A DNA stretch of 64,000 nt, from NCBI RefSeq assembly GCF_006345805.1, contig NC_043001.1, forward strand, positions 64,294,001-64,358,000, written 5' to 3'. The notes under the pieces are model-generated. The model searched no databases, was not told the origin of the DNA, and saw only the letters and a list, made by a program, of their open reading frames with translations. Both the position numbers and the translations under genes were made by a program. Source of the stretch: Octopus sinensis (Eukaryota). This document shows positions 23,142 through 35,578 of this stretch, one piece after another (within the stretch, counting starts at the first letter, position 1; every line of letters begins with the position of its first letter).

Positions 23142-24810
23142 GACGTCGTAGGAGAGAAATCTGTCCGCATGGATGACTGTTCACTTGCACTAAACGAGGC
23201 TGCAAAGAGAGAGGTTTGGAGACGCCACTATGAAAGGTTGCTCAATAAAGAGAATGAATGGGAGAAAGAGAGTCTGCCGAATATCGACCCAACAGAGGGA
23301 CTAGCTATCGATTTGACAGTACCTTGGTAGATAAAGCAATCAAGAGTATGAAGGCAGGGAAAGCCATCCCCCCCACCGGCCCATCAGGAATCACTGCAGA
23401 AATGCTCAAAATATCTGGCAGTGTTGGCTATAGCCTAGTTACCCAGGTGATACATGGAGGAGTCATACCCAATGACTGGTGTAGCAGCACCATAGTCAAC
23501 TGCCACAAAGGTAAAGGTGATGCTTTAGATACAAATAATTACAGAGGGATCAAGTAATGAAGGTCACGGAGAGGGTCATAGCCCAACTAATTAGGGAGAG
23601 AGTCAGTTAAATGAGATGCAGTTTGGGTTTGTGCCAGGGAAAAGCAGCACTGATGCTATATTTCTGGTAAGACAGCTACAGGAGAAATACCTAGCCAAAG
23701 ATAAACCTTTGTACCTGGCTTTTGTTGACATGGAGAAAGCCTTTTGTTGACATGGCAGTGAAACATGGGCTGTGATTGCTGAGGATATGCGTAAGCTCGC
23801 AAGAAATGAAGCCAGTATGCTCCGATGGATGTGTAATGTCAGTGTTCATACTCGACAGAGTGTAAGTACCTTGAGATAAATGTTGGACCTAAGAAGCATC
23901 AGTTGTGGTGTGCAAGAGAGACGATTGTGCTGGAATGGTCGTGTGGTGGGAATTGATGAGGATAGCTGTGTGAAAAAGTGCCACACCCTAGTGGTTGAGG
24001 GAACCTGTGGAAGAGGTAGACCCAGGAAAACCTGGGATGAGGTGGTGAAGTACGACCTTCAAACATTAGGCCTCACCGAGACAATGACTAGTGACTGAGA
24101 CCTTTGGAAATATGTTGTGCGTGAGAAGACCCGGCAAGACAAGTGAGACCATAACCTGTGGCCTTTACCAGGAGTGTAGCCAGCCCACTTACGCATACCT
24201 TTCCTTTGGGCACAAAACTCTGCTTGCAAAGACCTGTTGAGGCAAGTGAAATCGAAATCGAACCAAATTCAACTAGCACCCATGTCAACCTTCCTTCACT
24301 GGACACTAAACTCTGCTTGGGGCAAGTGAAATCGAAATTGAACCAAATTCGATGACTGGCACCTGTGCCAGTGGAGTGCTAACAGCTCTATCCAAGTGGG
24401 ATCACTGCCAGAGCAGCTGTCTGGCTTCCGTGCCAGTAGCATGTAAAAAGCACCATTTGAGCATGATTGTTACCTGTGTCGTCCTGCTGGCACTTGTGCC
24501 AGTGGCATGTGAACAAAGCATTTGAGCGAGGTCATTGCCAGTGCCGCTGGACTGACTCCTGTGCAGGTGGCACATAAAACACACCATTTGTGCGTGGCCG
24601 TTGCCAGTACTGCCAGACTGGCCCTCGTGCTGGTGGTACGTAAAAGCACCCACTACGCTCTCGGAGTGGTTGGCGTTAGGAAGGGCATCCAGCTGTAGAA
24701 ACTGCCAGATCAGATTGGAGCCTGGTGCAGCCATCTGGTTCGCTAGTCCTCAGTCAAATCGTCCAACCCATGCTAGCATGGAAAGCAGACTTTAAATGAT
24801 GATGATGATG
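23142..24810 (+). mobile_element. 5'-truncated RTE LINE with internal deletion
   Basis: RT N-part 23258-23745 joined to C-terminus at duplicated TTTTGTTGACATGG; (GAT)n tail at ~24797-24810. Confidence 0.92.
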
Positions 24811-24849
24811 AAAAGAGAACATTTCCTGAGTTCTGTAATTTATATGATG

Positions 24850-26600
24850 CAATAATACTTTTACAACCATTATGACTTCAGAACCTCACACCAAGTCATC
24901 CGATGCATGATTGAAATCAATAAGGCTTACATCTGTCTTGCAACTCACATTATCTAAGTAAGTTTGCAAATTTATTGCATAGTGCATTGACAGTTTTTGA
25001 TAATTTTGTTTAAGACGAAAATGTTGCTGGTTTTTGGCACAAAAAGGGTAGTTTCTCTGGTACATCTGATTTCTAAATACAGTCTGACCTTTTCTTTATC
25101 TAGTATATCTGTCATGAGATAGGTGTCTACCTCATTGCTGCTAGTAAACGGTCCACCATGATTTTTCAAAATATCCAAGTTGGCTGTTTGTTGTCTATCC
25201 ATGCAATGTTAGTGATTTCCTTCTTCTCCAGTCCCTCCACCATTAACTGCTGCTGGCAGTTATCCCATTTTTTAATGATGTCAGGCATTCCCCCCACTAT
25301 CCTTCAGGTTTGGTGAGTTTGGTATATTGCCTAAATGCCTCAGGCTCTTGACATTCAATCATAGCAGCCATCTTGGATTTAACTTTGGAAGAAGATACTT
25401 TGAGTTGCTTGGCACTTCAACGACTCAACTCATAGTTGATAAATTCTACACTGTATTCTGAGTCAAGATTGTGAATGGGAGCTCTCTCTATTTTAGCTAA
25501 GTCCATGTTTGCCAGAGCATGGTGAAACTTTTCAATGATGTTTCCAAAACCAAACAGAACTCCCTTCTGGTTCTGGAAATCATCCACTAACTTTGGAAAA
25601 AGTCTCATCAGTACTTTTAACACCTCTGGCTTCAACTTGATTGCAATTGCTTCAACAGCTCAGCATATATCTTCATCATATCTGGTTTCCTGGAATCTGC
25701 TAGAAGATACAAAACTGAGTGCATGACTATACATTTAACAATTGGTTTGGATCCACTGTGAAAAGATCATCATAAAGTTGTTTGAAAGCAGGTTTTGAGT
25801 AAGTTGTGCTTGTTGAAATGGTGAGCAAGAGGAATGGTTTGACAAGGTGCAGTCCAATCAGCGCTCCTGAGTAATACAAGACTGAGGAACTCCAGATCTA
25901 TGAAACATCATACAATACAAGCCAGTTGGTTTGTAACATGCTCATATTTCACCAAATATGATGCCACATCATCCAGGTGGTACAAAGTTATTGCACAAGT
26001 CAAAGTGAGCCGGTTAAAATGTTCATTCTTCAGGACAACAAATTTATCAACCCATGGTTGAATGTGCTTGTTGAATTCACTGGCTTTGTTCCATGACTTG
26101 TGATCAAAATTATGATTGATTACTCTTGTTATGCAGTCAAGAGCCTGTTCAGTGACACTAGATGAGCTTGATGTTGCATTTACAAGAAAACTCAGATCTT
26201 GTCTTATCCAATTGCATTCTCGATGTTACTCTACTGTTCAGTTATTACTCAATTGAACATAAGTGAAGGGTGCACATTGCAAAACCCATGTTGTTCTGTG
26301 CTGAGATTTTCTGCTATGATCTCTTCAACCACAACATTGTGTGATGTTTGGCTTGAGATAAGAAAATCAATTTTTTCAAATAGTGTTTTAATTGGGATAT
26401 TACTTGCTGCTTCTAATAACGGAAGTACAGCCACTTTCAAGTCAGCCAGGTTATTTCTTGCTTCTGGTGCTACAAGCAGTTGGCAGAGGTCTGTAATGAC
26501 CATTAATAGTCAACCCTTGGACTGAGAAAGATCCAGCTCCCTGCTTTTTAGATCCATCATCAGAATACGTAATGACTAATTGATTGCTTATAAAATGTGA
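24850..26600 (-). pseudogene. Decayed DDE transposase with CxxH motif (superfamily uncertain)
   Basis: VITYSDDGSKKQG, IDFLISSQTSHN, FCNVHP, APIHNLDSEYSV, HGGPFT motifs in order. Confidence 0.65.
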
Positions 26601-28172
26601 AAAATTTTGTGGTGGTACATCTAAAACCTTGCCTAATATTTCTCATCCAACTTGACAAAATAAGCGGTATTGTTCAATTTTTGAGATAAAATTGATTTGC
26701 AAAGAGCATGCCTTATGTTATTTTATTGCACATTGTGTTATTTCACCCCTAAGTTTCAACTCTTTTTGTGTCAGTTTTTGAGAGAACAGAGACTTCCCTA
26801 AGCATTTTTGTGCCTTTATTTAGTTGCAGTTTCTGTTTGCCTGTCTATTGGGTGATTAAAACTTCCATTTATATTTTTATTCAAAACTAACGTTACTTAT
26901 CCCATAGTTCTTACCACTATGCCAGTAAAAATTGAAATAAAATATGTAAAGCAACAGTTGTCAAATGCAAAAGCCAAAGAACAGTTTATTAAATATCACT
27001 TGGAATATTCACTTTGGAGATAAAACAGCGTTCAGTCTGATGTATAGGTGTGAACATGAGGTATGTACTATGGAAGAGTACATTGTGAAAGTGTTTGAGT
27101 GCAAAAAGTTTAAGGTTAATTATAATGTCCAATTCCACTGGAAGTTGTATATATTGTGGGCTGAACAGCTTTCCTTCATTTTATTGGCTTCATGACAATT
27201 TTGAAAAGGTTCACTGTTAAGATTCACTATCAATCAATTTTCCTTATTTAGAAGAAACAGTCAACAGTTTTAATGTCTCAGGAATCTTTAATCTCCTAAC
27301 CAAAAGTAACAACCCCATACAATCACCAAACATCTTCACAACTTAACACTGTCGAAGTTAACCTTCTTCACCTATACAAACCATCCAATGGTATATATTA
27401 AAATGTAATTTTTTGCCATTTTGTAGTGTTATCAATCTTCAAGGGGTATGTACAGGGGTTATTGTATTCAGTTTGCAGAAATGTTGGCTTTGAGGCAATA
27501 TTTGGACCCAACCACAACTTTTGAGGGATCATCCTGATGCAAATATTGATCATCATTAAACTTCTGGAAAGAGTTTCAGTATTTTCTCATCGATGAAATA
27601 TTTTTGGGTGCTAAAACAACAATTTTTGAAAATCTTTCTTCATTGCTGTATGACATTTCTATTGAGAACCAAGGAAATGAGGTCATTGAAATCATGAACA
27701 ATATTACATCCCAAGGGTATAATAATTTCACCACTTCTTATATGAAGTGTAAAGTTGTTTGAATTGAATTTGGTTGTTTTTATTTTCTGAATTCTGTGCA
27801 TATGATTTTAATCGCATATTTTCCATCAGTTGAATTTTGTTTACATTTCAGCAGGTTGCTTAGTGTGTCTCAAGCACTGGTATAATTACAATTTCTTGAT
27901 TGGAATGAGTTGTGTATAAACAGTGAAAAGAAATACCAGAAAATGAGTTGTAATTAAATGTTAAGTTTAAGTCAGCCACTAAATGACAATTCATTTAGTG
28001 GTTGAATAAAATAATATGTATAAGCTAGAAAGGGAATTTGCTGTAGGCTTTGGCGATAGGTTAGATGGGTAGAACACATCTCGGATTTAAACCAGCTGGG
28101 TAGTCGACACTGAGAGGTAGGTGAATTGCACTTTGTTCCTTATATTACAAGCTATTTCAGTACTCATATATT

Positions 28173-28703
28173 ATCATCATCATAATTTAATGTCCGTTTT
28201 CCATGTTGGATGGTTTGACTGAGGGGCTGGCAAGCCAGTAGGCTTTGCCAGGCTCCAATCTGATTTGGCAAGGTTTCTACAGCTGGATGCCCTTCCTAAC
28301 GCCAATCAGAGTTAGTGGGTGCTTTTTAAGTGCCACCAGCACGGGCGCCAGTCAGGCAGCACTGGCATTGATCACATTCGGATGGTGCTATTTATGTGCC
28401 ACTGGCACAGGAGCCAGTCGGGCGGAGACTGGCATTGACCACATTTGGATGGTGCTTTTTATGTGCTACTGGCATGGGGTGCCAGTCAGGCAGCACTGGC
28501 AATGACCTACGCTTGAATGGTGCTTATTATGTGCCAGTCAGGTGGTACTGGCATTGGCCACAACTATAATTTCCATTTTGATTTCGATCTTAATTTGCTT
28601 TTGATTTTTGATTTTACTAGACTCAGTAGGTTTTCTCAAGTGTAGCATATCACCCTGTGATTCAAGAGAACTTTTAAAACGGGCTGGCTATGCGACACTG
28701 GTA
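28173..28703 (-). mobile_element. RTE 3'UTR fragment
   Basis: CAGCTGGATGCCCTTCCTAACGCC motif, tandem units, (CAT)n tail. Confidence 0.85.
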
Positions 28704-28741
28704 TGTGTGTGTGTGTGCTTGTGTGTATATTTTTGTTGTTG

Positions 28742-29603
28742 ACAGCGAAACATGGGCTGTGACTGCTGAGGACGTGTAAACTTGCAAGGAATGAAATCAG
28801 CATGTTCCGCTGGGTGTGTAATGTCAGTGTGCAACATGATAGAGTGTAAGTGCCCTGAGGGAAAAATTGGACTTAAGAAGCATCAGATGTGGTGTGCAAG
28901 AGAGACGACTGCACTGGTATGGTCATGTGTTGCGAATGGATACAGACAGCTGTGTTAAAAGTGTCACATTCTAGCAGTTGAGGTAACCTTTGGAAGAAGT
29001 AGACCTAGGAAGACCTGGAATGAGGTGGTGAAGCACAACCTTCGAACATTGGGCCTCACCAAAGCAATGACAAGTAACTGAGACCTTTGGAGATATGCTG
29101 TGCTTAAGAAGAGCCGGTAAGCCAAATGAGACCATAACCATGGCCCATGCCAGTGCAGTATAAACAGCCCATTTAAGAGTACCCTTCAATCATTGGACAA
29201 TAAACTACGCTTGCAAAAACCTGTTGAGGCAAGTGAAATCATTGTCATGGCTGATGATAGTACTGCCTGACTGGCACCTGTGCCAGTTTAACGTTAAAAG
29301 CACCATTCGAGCTTGATCATTGCCAGTTCTGTTGGACTGGCTCCTGTGCAGGTGGCACATAAAAAGCACTATTTGAGTGTGGTTGATGCCAGTATTGTCT
29401 GACTGGCCCTTGTGCCGGTGGCACATAAAAGCACCCGCTACACTCTTGGAGTGGTTGGCATTAGGAAGGGCATCCAACTGTAGAAACTTTGCCAGATCAG
29501 GTTGGAGCTTGGTGCAGCCTTTTGGCTCGCCAGCCCTCAGTCAAACTGTCCAATTCATGCCAGCATGGAAAGCAGACGTTAAACGACGATGATGATGATG
29601 ATG
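28742..29603 (+). mobile_element. 5'-truncated RTE LINE
   Basis: SETWAVTAED...QERRLHWYGH, 3'UTR, (GAT)n tail. Confidence 0.9.
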
Positions 29604-29624
29604 TTATCCTCTTCCACAAACAAA

Positions 29625-30140
29625 AATAAGAATCAGTAGTGATGCTGTCAGACCTTTCTGTGGCAAGGGAGATGTTATCACTTGGATCTGGAAGATCAAG
29701 GTGGTGGCCAGGCTACAAAGCATTGAAGATGTAGCAGGTCTCATAGCTCTGTATCTGGAGAGAAATGCATTGGTGCTGGACCTCAAAATGGATGAAACAG
29801 ACCAACTGGATGTAGAGAAAATTGAATAGTGCCTAAAGGATGCCGTTACAGAAGGATCGTATGCTGCATTTGCCAAGCTAGGATAGGTCAGGTGGACAGG
29901 AGACCAGGTGGATGTGTATGCACTAGAATTTCAGAGATTGGCCATGCTATCTGGTTTTATTAGAGAGGGACTAGAAAAGGCAGCACAATTGGCTTTTGTA
30001 AATGATTTATTTCCCTAACAACATATTGGTGCGGTTGTGAAGCTGCCGGGTAGCGAGAAGATGGCCATGAATGAACTTGTTGCTCAAGCTCATATATCAA
30101 CGGAAAACATTGGGCAGAATGCAGTGGCAATGGCAGCTGC
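29625..30140 (+). pseudogene. Gypsy-like gag remnant
   Basis: RPFCGKGDVITWIWKIKVVARLQSIEDVAGLIALYLERNAL...WTGDQVDVYALEFQRLA, with stops. Confidence 0.7.
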
Positions 30141-30149
30141 GGAAAACCA

Positions 30150-33100
30150 TTGGAAAGTTAGGTTGCAAAAAATGAGGAAATATGAGAGGAGGACAAGAGA
30201 ACAAGAACGTGATAAAGAAATAAGATTGCAGAGAAAGAAGGAAAATTACAGAAATAAAAGAGTACATGAAAATAAAAAAGACAAATACGATTGCAAAAGA
30301 GAGAAAAAGATAGAATAGAAAACAAGAAAGTGAAAGCGACTAAAAAGGAGAAAGCTTTTCAGAGAAAACCAGCTAAATAAGTATAGACAATTTCAATGGC
30401 AAGGTGTAACATTTAATTATGATCCTAATCGTAATTATGCATCTGAAAAATTTGTCTTCCTGGGCTCTATGTGCGAAATATGTGGAAAGTGTGGTGCTAG
30501 GAAGTGGGACAAGAAATCATTAGGTATGTGTTCTAAAGGTTAAGTCCATTTACAAATAATTGAGCCTCCAGAACTTATAAAACATGCTCTTTTGGATATC
30601 ACTTCAGAATCAAAACACTTTCTTAGAAATATTTGAGCATACAATTGTACTTTTCAAATGACATCATTTGGGCAAAAATTATTAGGGAAAGTGGGTTTAT
30701 GCCGACTTTTAAAGTGCAAAGACAAATTTATCACAGAATTGGCTTTCTTAAGCCTTTACAGAATAAAGATCCACAATTTATTCAAATATATTTTATAGGT
30801 GACATTCAAAAAGAAGCACAGTGTCGCAGCGAGAATTGTTCAGGTACAAGATTAGAACTTATTTTTAAGCTGCCAGAAATGCTTCACGAAAAGAATTCTT
30901 ATGTGAGAAGCTTTCAGTATGCTTTAGAATATACTTCAACAGTGGACTTTCAAATTATCATCGATGCCAACAAAAGACCAATTGGAGAACATGTCCATTG
31001 ATTCAATGTTTCTGAATGTAATGAAGTGGCTAAATTATTATGGTTGGAGAACACATAGTAAACGAGATAGTGTTTTGAAATATTGTGACAATACTATTGT
31101 CATGATATTTCATTCATGTTCATAAACGAAACTCATCATTCATATGATGCTTTACAATATCCTTTGCTTTTTGCTAATGGAGAAGATGGATAGCACTTTG
31201 GTATACCACAAATTGGAGGAATCACTTCCAAAAGAACTGTATCCTGTATGGATTATTATGTTCATCATTTGATGATTTGAAATAATTCGTTTAATCATCT
31301 TCACTATTGCCAAGATCTTTTTCACCAGTATGTTGTTGATATGTATACCAAAACAGTTGGAGAGGTTGTGCTACATAAAAATGCACCAAAAGATCTACGT
31401 TCAGAATTGTGCACTTACAAGATGGCATTAACAATGATATTGCTGGGACAGAGCTTGGACAACTTTGTATTCTCCCAACCAGTTTTACAGGAAGTCCAAG
31501 ATATACGAACGAGAGGACACAGGATGCCATGACTTATGTGCATAATTATGGACGTCCTGATCTTTTCATCATTTTCACTTGCAATCTCAAATGGAACAAA
31601 ATCCAAACTGAACTTTTTCCAGGACAGTTATACATTGACAGACATAACCTAATTGCAAGAGTTTTTCATCTCAACATTTCGAAATAGATGGATTTCATAA
31701 CCAAGTTTTACATATTTCAACCAGTATGTTGCTACATGTATACCACTGAATGGCAGAAAAGAGGCCTACCTCACACACATATATTAATCTAGCTTTTCCA
31801 GAAAATTCAAACTGATGAGATTGATTCTATGATCTCAGAAGAAATTCCAAACTCCACAAAAGACAAAGAACTTTATGAAATTGTAAAATCGAACATGGCT
31901 CATGGCCCATGTGTTAACCTCAACTTAACTGCACCTTGCATGAAAGACAAGAAGTGTATGAAATATTATCCTAAAATTTTCATTAAAGGAGCACAAATGG
32001 GTAATTCTATAAAATCAGTTAAGTACATTTGTAAATATGTTGATAAGGGTTCTGATGCTGCAATGTTCACCTTTCAACAACAGACATTTCAAGATGAAGT
32101 GACACACTTCCAAATGGGGCAGTATATTTGCAGCAGTGAGGCTTTTTGGAGAATATTTGGCTTTCCTATTCATGAATGATATCCTCCAGTAAAACAACTC
32201 TCTGTTCATTTAGAGAATGGGCAAAGATATATATACCTACAGAAACTGCTGCTCAGCAATCCCTAGCTCCAAGAGAAACTACATTAACAGCATTTTTCAA
32301 ACTTTGCCAGAAAGACTCGCTAAAACCCTTTTGTACTATCAATTACCATTATATTATACATGGAACAACAAACAATGGAATCACAGAAAAAGAGGTTGAT
32401 GCTTATCCTGATATCTGATTTGACAGTGTTCTGGGAAGAGTTTATACTGTGCATCTAACTCAGCAGGAATGTTTTTACTTACGTTTGCTTCTCCATGAAA
32501 TTCGTGGTGCCACATCTTTTATCGACCTTCGAACAGTTGGTTATGTTTTTGCTTTGAATAGAGAAGCAGCTTTTAGGTTAGGTTTGTTACAGGATGATAG
32601 TCATTGGATGGCAGCTATGTGAGAGGCTTCTGTGTCTTGCAGAGGAGGCAATTTAAGAACATTGCCATTCTCCTTAAATACTGTGATTTAGGGGATCCAG
32701 GATCAATATGGATAAGATACAATTATCTTGTGGAAGATTACGAGTACCAGATTCAATTGCAATGTACTGGCACAAAAATAGAATACAGTGACAAAATCTA
32801 CAATGCCACATTAATTGCCATTGAAGACAAAGTTGTTTCTATGAAAGAGAATGAATAGCATGAGTATGGACTTCCTCATACCAATTGTTCTGAATTTGAT
32901 AGTTCAACAACATATTAAATGAAACTTCCTGCGACATGGAAGACCTCTCAAGATATGTTAGTGAAAGTGAACTGAAATTGTTGCTTGAACAAAAAGTATT
33001 CTACAATACTATACTAGAAAAGGTTTTTGATCAAATGGGAGGGCTTTTTTCTTGATGCTCCTGCAGGAATGGGCAAAATATTTGTCACTAAGCTTTTACT

Positions 33101-34465
33101 TGCCAAAATGCAACAAGAGAAAAAAATAGCTTTGGCTGTTACTTCTTCAGGTATAGCTGCTACTTTACTCCCAGGAGGAAGAACAGCTCACTCTACTTTC
33201 AAATTGCCCTTGAATATAGCTAGCATTAGGACACTAGTTTGTAATTTTATGAAAACATCTGGGATGGAACAGATACTAAAGGAGTGTCATCTCATTATTT
33301 GGGACGAATGTACAATGGCCAACAAAAAATCTTTGGAAGCTTTGAATTGAAGCTTGCAAGGTTTAAGAAATTCTAAATTATTAATTGGTGGAGTTACCAC
33401 TGTACTCTCAGGAAATTTCGTCAGACTTTGCCTGTAATTCCAAAGGGCACTAAGGCAGATAAGTTAACAGCATACTTGAAGTCCTCCTATTTGTGGAGAC
33501 ATGTAACAAAAATGAGCCTAAGAACATGAGCGCCATTCTTTCGGGCGGTGTTTTGACTGAATAACTTGCTCAAAATTTATGGAAACTTGGAGAAGGTAGG
33601 GTACCCCAAGATGAAAATAATTGTTTAAATATATCTCTAATTAGTATATCAGTTTCATTTCTTGATGAACTAAGTGTTTTTCCAAATTTTCAAGACCGCC
33701 AACAAAACCATAAGTACTTACGTGAAGAGCAATATTTGCGCCATAACATATCAATCAACACCATAAAAAATAAGTTATTGGACTGCATTTCAGGAAATAC
33801 ACTGACCTACAAATCTACAGATTCAGTTCCAGATCCTGCAGAGGCTGTCAGTTGTCTTGTTGAATTCTTAAATTCTTTGGAACCTTCTGGGCTTTCACCA
33901 CACCGGCTTCTCATGTTACTACAGAACCTTGATCAGCGTCGGTTGTGTAATGTTACTAGACTGGTAGTTAAAAAAATTAATACATCATATTATTCAGGCT
34001 ACTATTTTGACTGTGTGTTTTATAGGAGAAGAGGCACTTATACTGAGAATACCTTTGAGTCCATCTGACACAGAAATATCTTTTGTATTCAAAAGATTAC
34101 AATTTCCAGTGAAACTCAGCTTTGCTATGTCTATAAATAAATCACTGGAACAAGTGTTATCTGTTGCTGGGTTACAACTCGAAGAAAATTATTTTTCTCT
34201 TGGGCAACTGTATGTAGCATGTACAAGAGTTGAAAGTCCATGCAATCTTTTTACATATGCTCCTTCTGGAAAAACATGTAACATTGTTTATAAGGAAGTT
34301 CTAGATTTAGAATAAATAGTAAATAAGATGAACAAATAACACAATTAAGGGGTGAAAGAACATGGGCTGAAAGTAGGGATCTTAGAAATGAAATGTAAAA
34401 ATGTATTTAGCATGGCAAAACTGTCATATGGCAGTTGGCTCCTGAAACACCAGGCAACCCTGACG
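30150..34465 (+). mobile_element. Degraded autonomous Helitron (Rep/HUH-Y2 plus PIF1 helicase)
   Basis: ILPTSFTGSPRY, YGRPDLFIIFTC, EWQKRGLPHTHILI, SVKYICKYVDKG; helicase LDAPAGMGK, IWDECTM, RLQFPVKLSFAMSINKS, GQLYVACTRV; many stops and frameshifts. Confidence 0.95.
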
Positions 34466-34659
34466 TGTGTGTGTGTACTTCTCCATGTTCTATGTTTTAA
34501 ATATCAGATATTACAATTCTGAAAATGAAAAGTTTTTCAAAATTGCAAGTGCTTATCACTTTTGTCCTTAATTTTAAAGTTATGTACCATAACTATTTTA
34601 ATGTTCCTGATTTTTTTTTAGAAGTTTATGTTTCAAACTTAGGAGATCATGATTCCACA

Positions 34660-34860
34660 CGAAAATTAGGAGTAGCATTGGGTGTTGGGTTTAGATTTAA
34701 TACTAGAGTTAGTATTGTAGTTCAGATTTTAGGGATAAAAGTAGGATTAGGATTTTGAGTTAAGTTTTAAGGTAAGAGTTGAGGATTAGCATTTAATGTT
34801 ATGGTTTCTTGTTAGCATTTAGGATTACAATTTTGAGTTAAGATAAGGATTAGTTTAAAC
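34660..34860 (+). repeat. Degenerate TTAGGG-like hexamer array
   Basis: TTAGGA, TTGGGT, TTAGAT, TTAGGG, GTAGGA variants with 6-nt period. Confidence 0.5.
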
Positions 34861-35578
34861 AGAAACAGAAAAAGGGATTCAAAAGATTTGAATTCGTGTA
34901 CAAATTTTTACAGAATTGAACTTGCATATGTTTGGAATATGGATATCAAACTATATTCTTAAAAGAAGAAAAATTAAAAGGTCTACAAATTGTTCTTAGT
35001 CTGAAATTTCATTGAGTGTTTTATTTTTTCTTTGAAAATATTTACTGAAAGTTAGATAAAGAGCTTTGTGATGTTACTGTTAATTCTCTGAGTTATTAAC
35101 TTGGGTTGTTCCAGGTATTTCAGCTAGTAACTTATAAATTTGTAATGGTAGAGTGGGCTATTTTTGGATAAAATGTAAAGGCTGTAAGAGTGTTTGTGTG
35201 AGAGAAATGAGGTGGCATAGGGAGAGTGGCTGATATTAGGGAAGCGAAGAACAGAGTTGTGTAAAGACAAATATGGCGTGGGATGGTAATGCTAATACAA
35301 CTGTCGTTCAGGGATGCACATGCTTTCAATCAGTTTACAAAGCCAAGTCATAGCAGACAAACAATAACTAATGAAAATAGTGTTTGTATGTATCTGTTAC
35401 ATGCTATCACCTTTAAGAAAATGATTTAGACCAAAAGTTTACTCTATTAACATACGTACACATACACTTATGACATTACGCACACAAATGGAACTTAATC
35501 CTAAAACAACTATATTTGTGATTAAACCAAACCCATTCTTTTTCTCATCCCTCCCCTTTCTCTCTCTCTCTCTATGCC

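Noticed and set aside
27850-28120. Possible host exons (TTTCAG| at ~27851; |GTAGGT at ~28118)
   Set aside because: No coherent open frame or independent support
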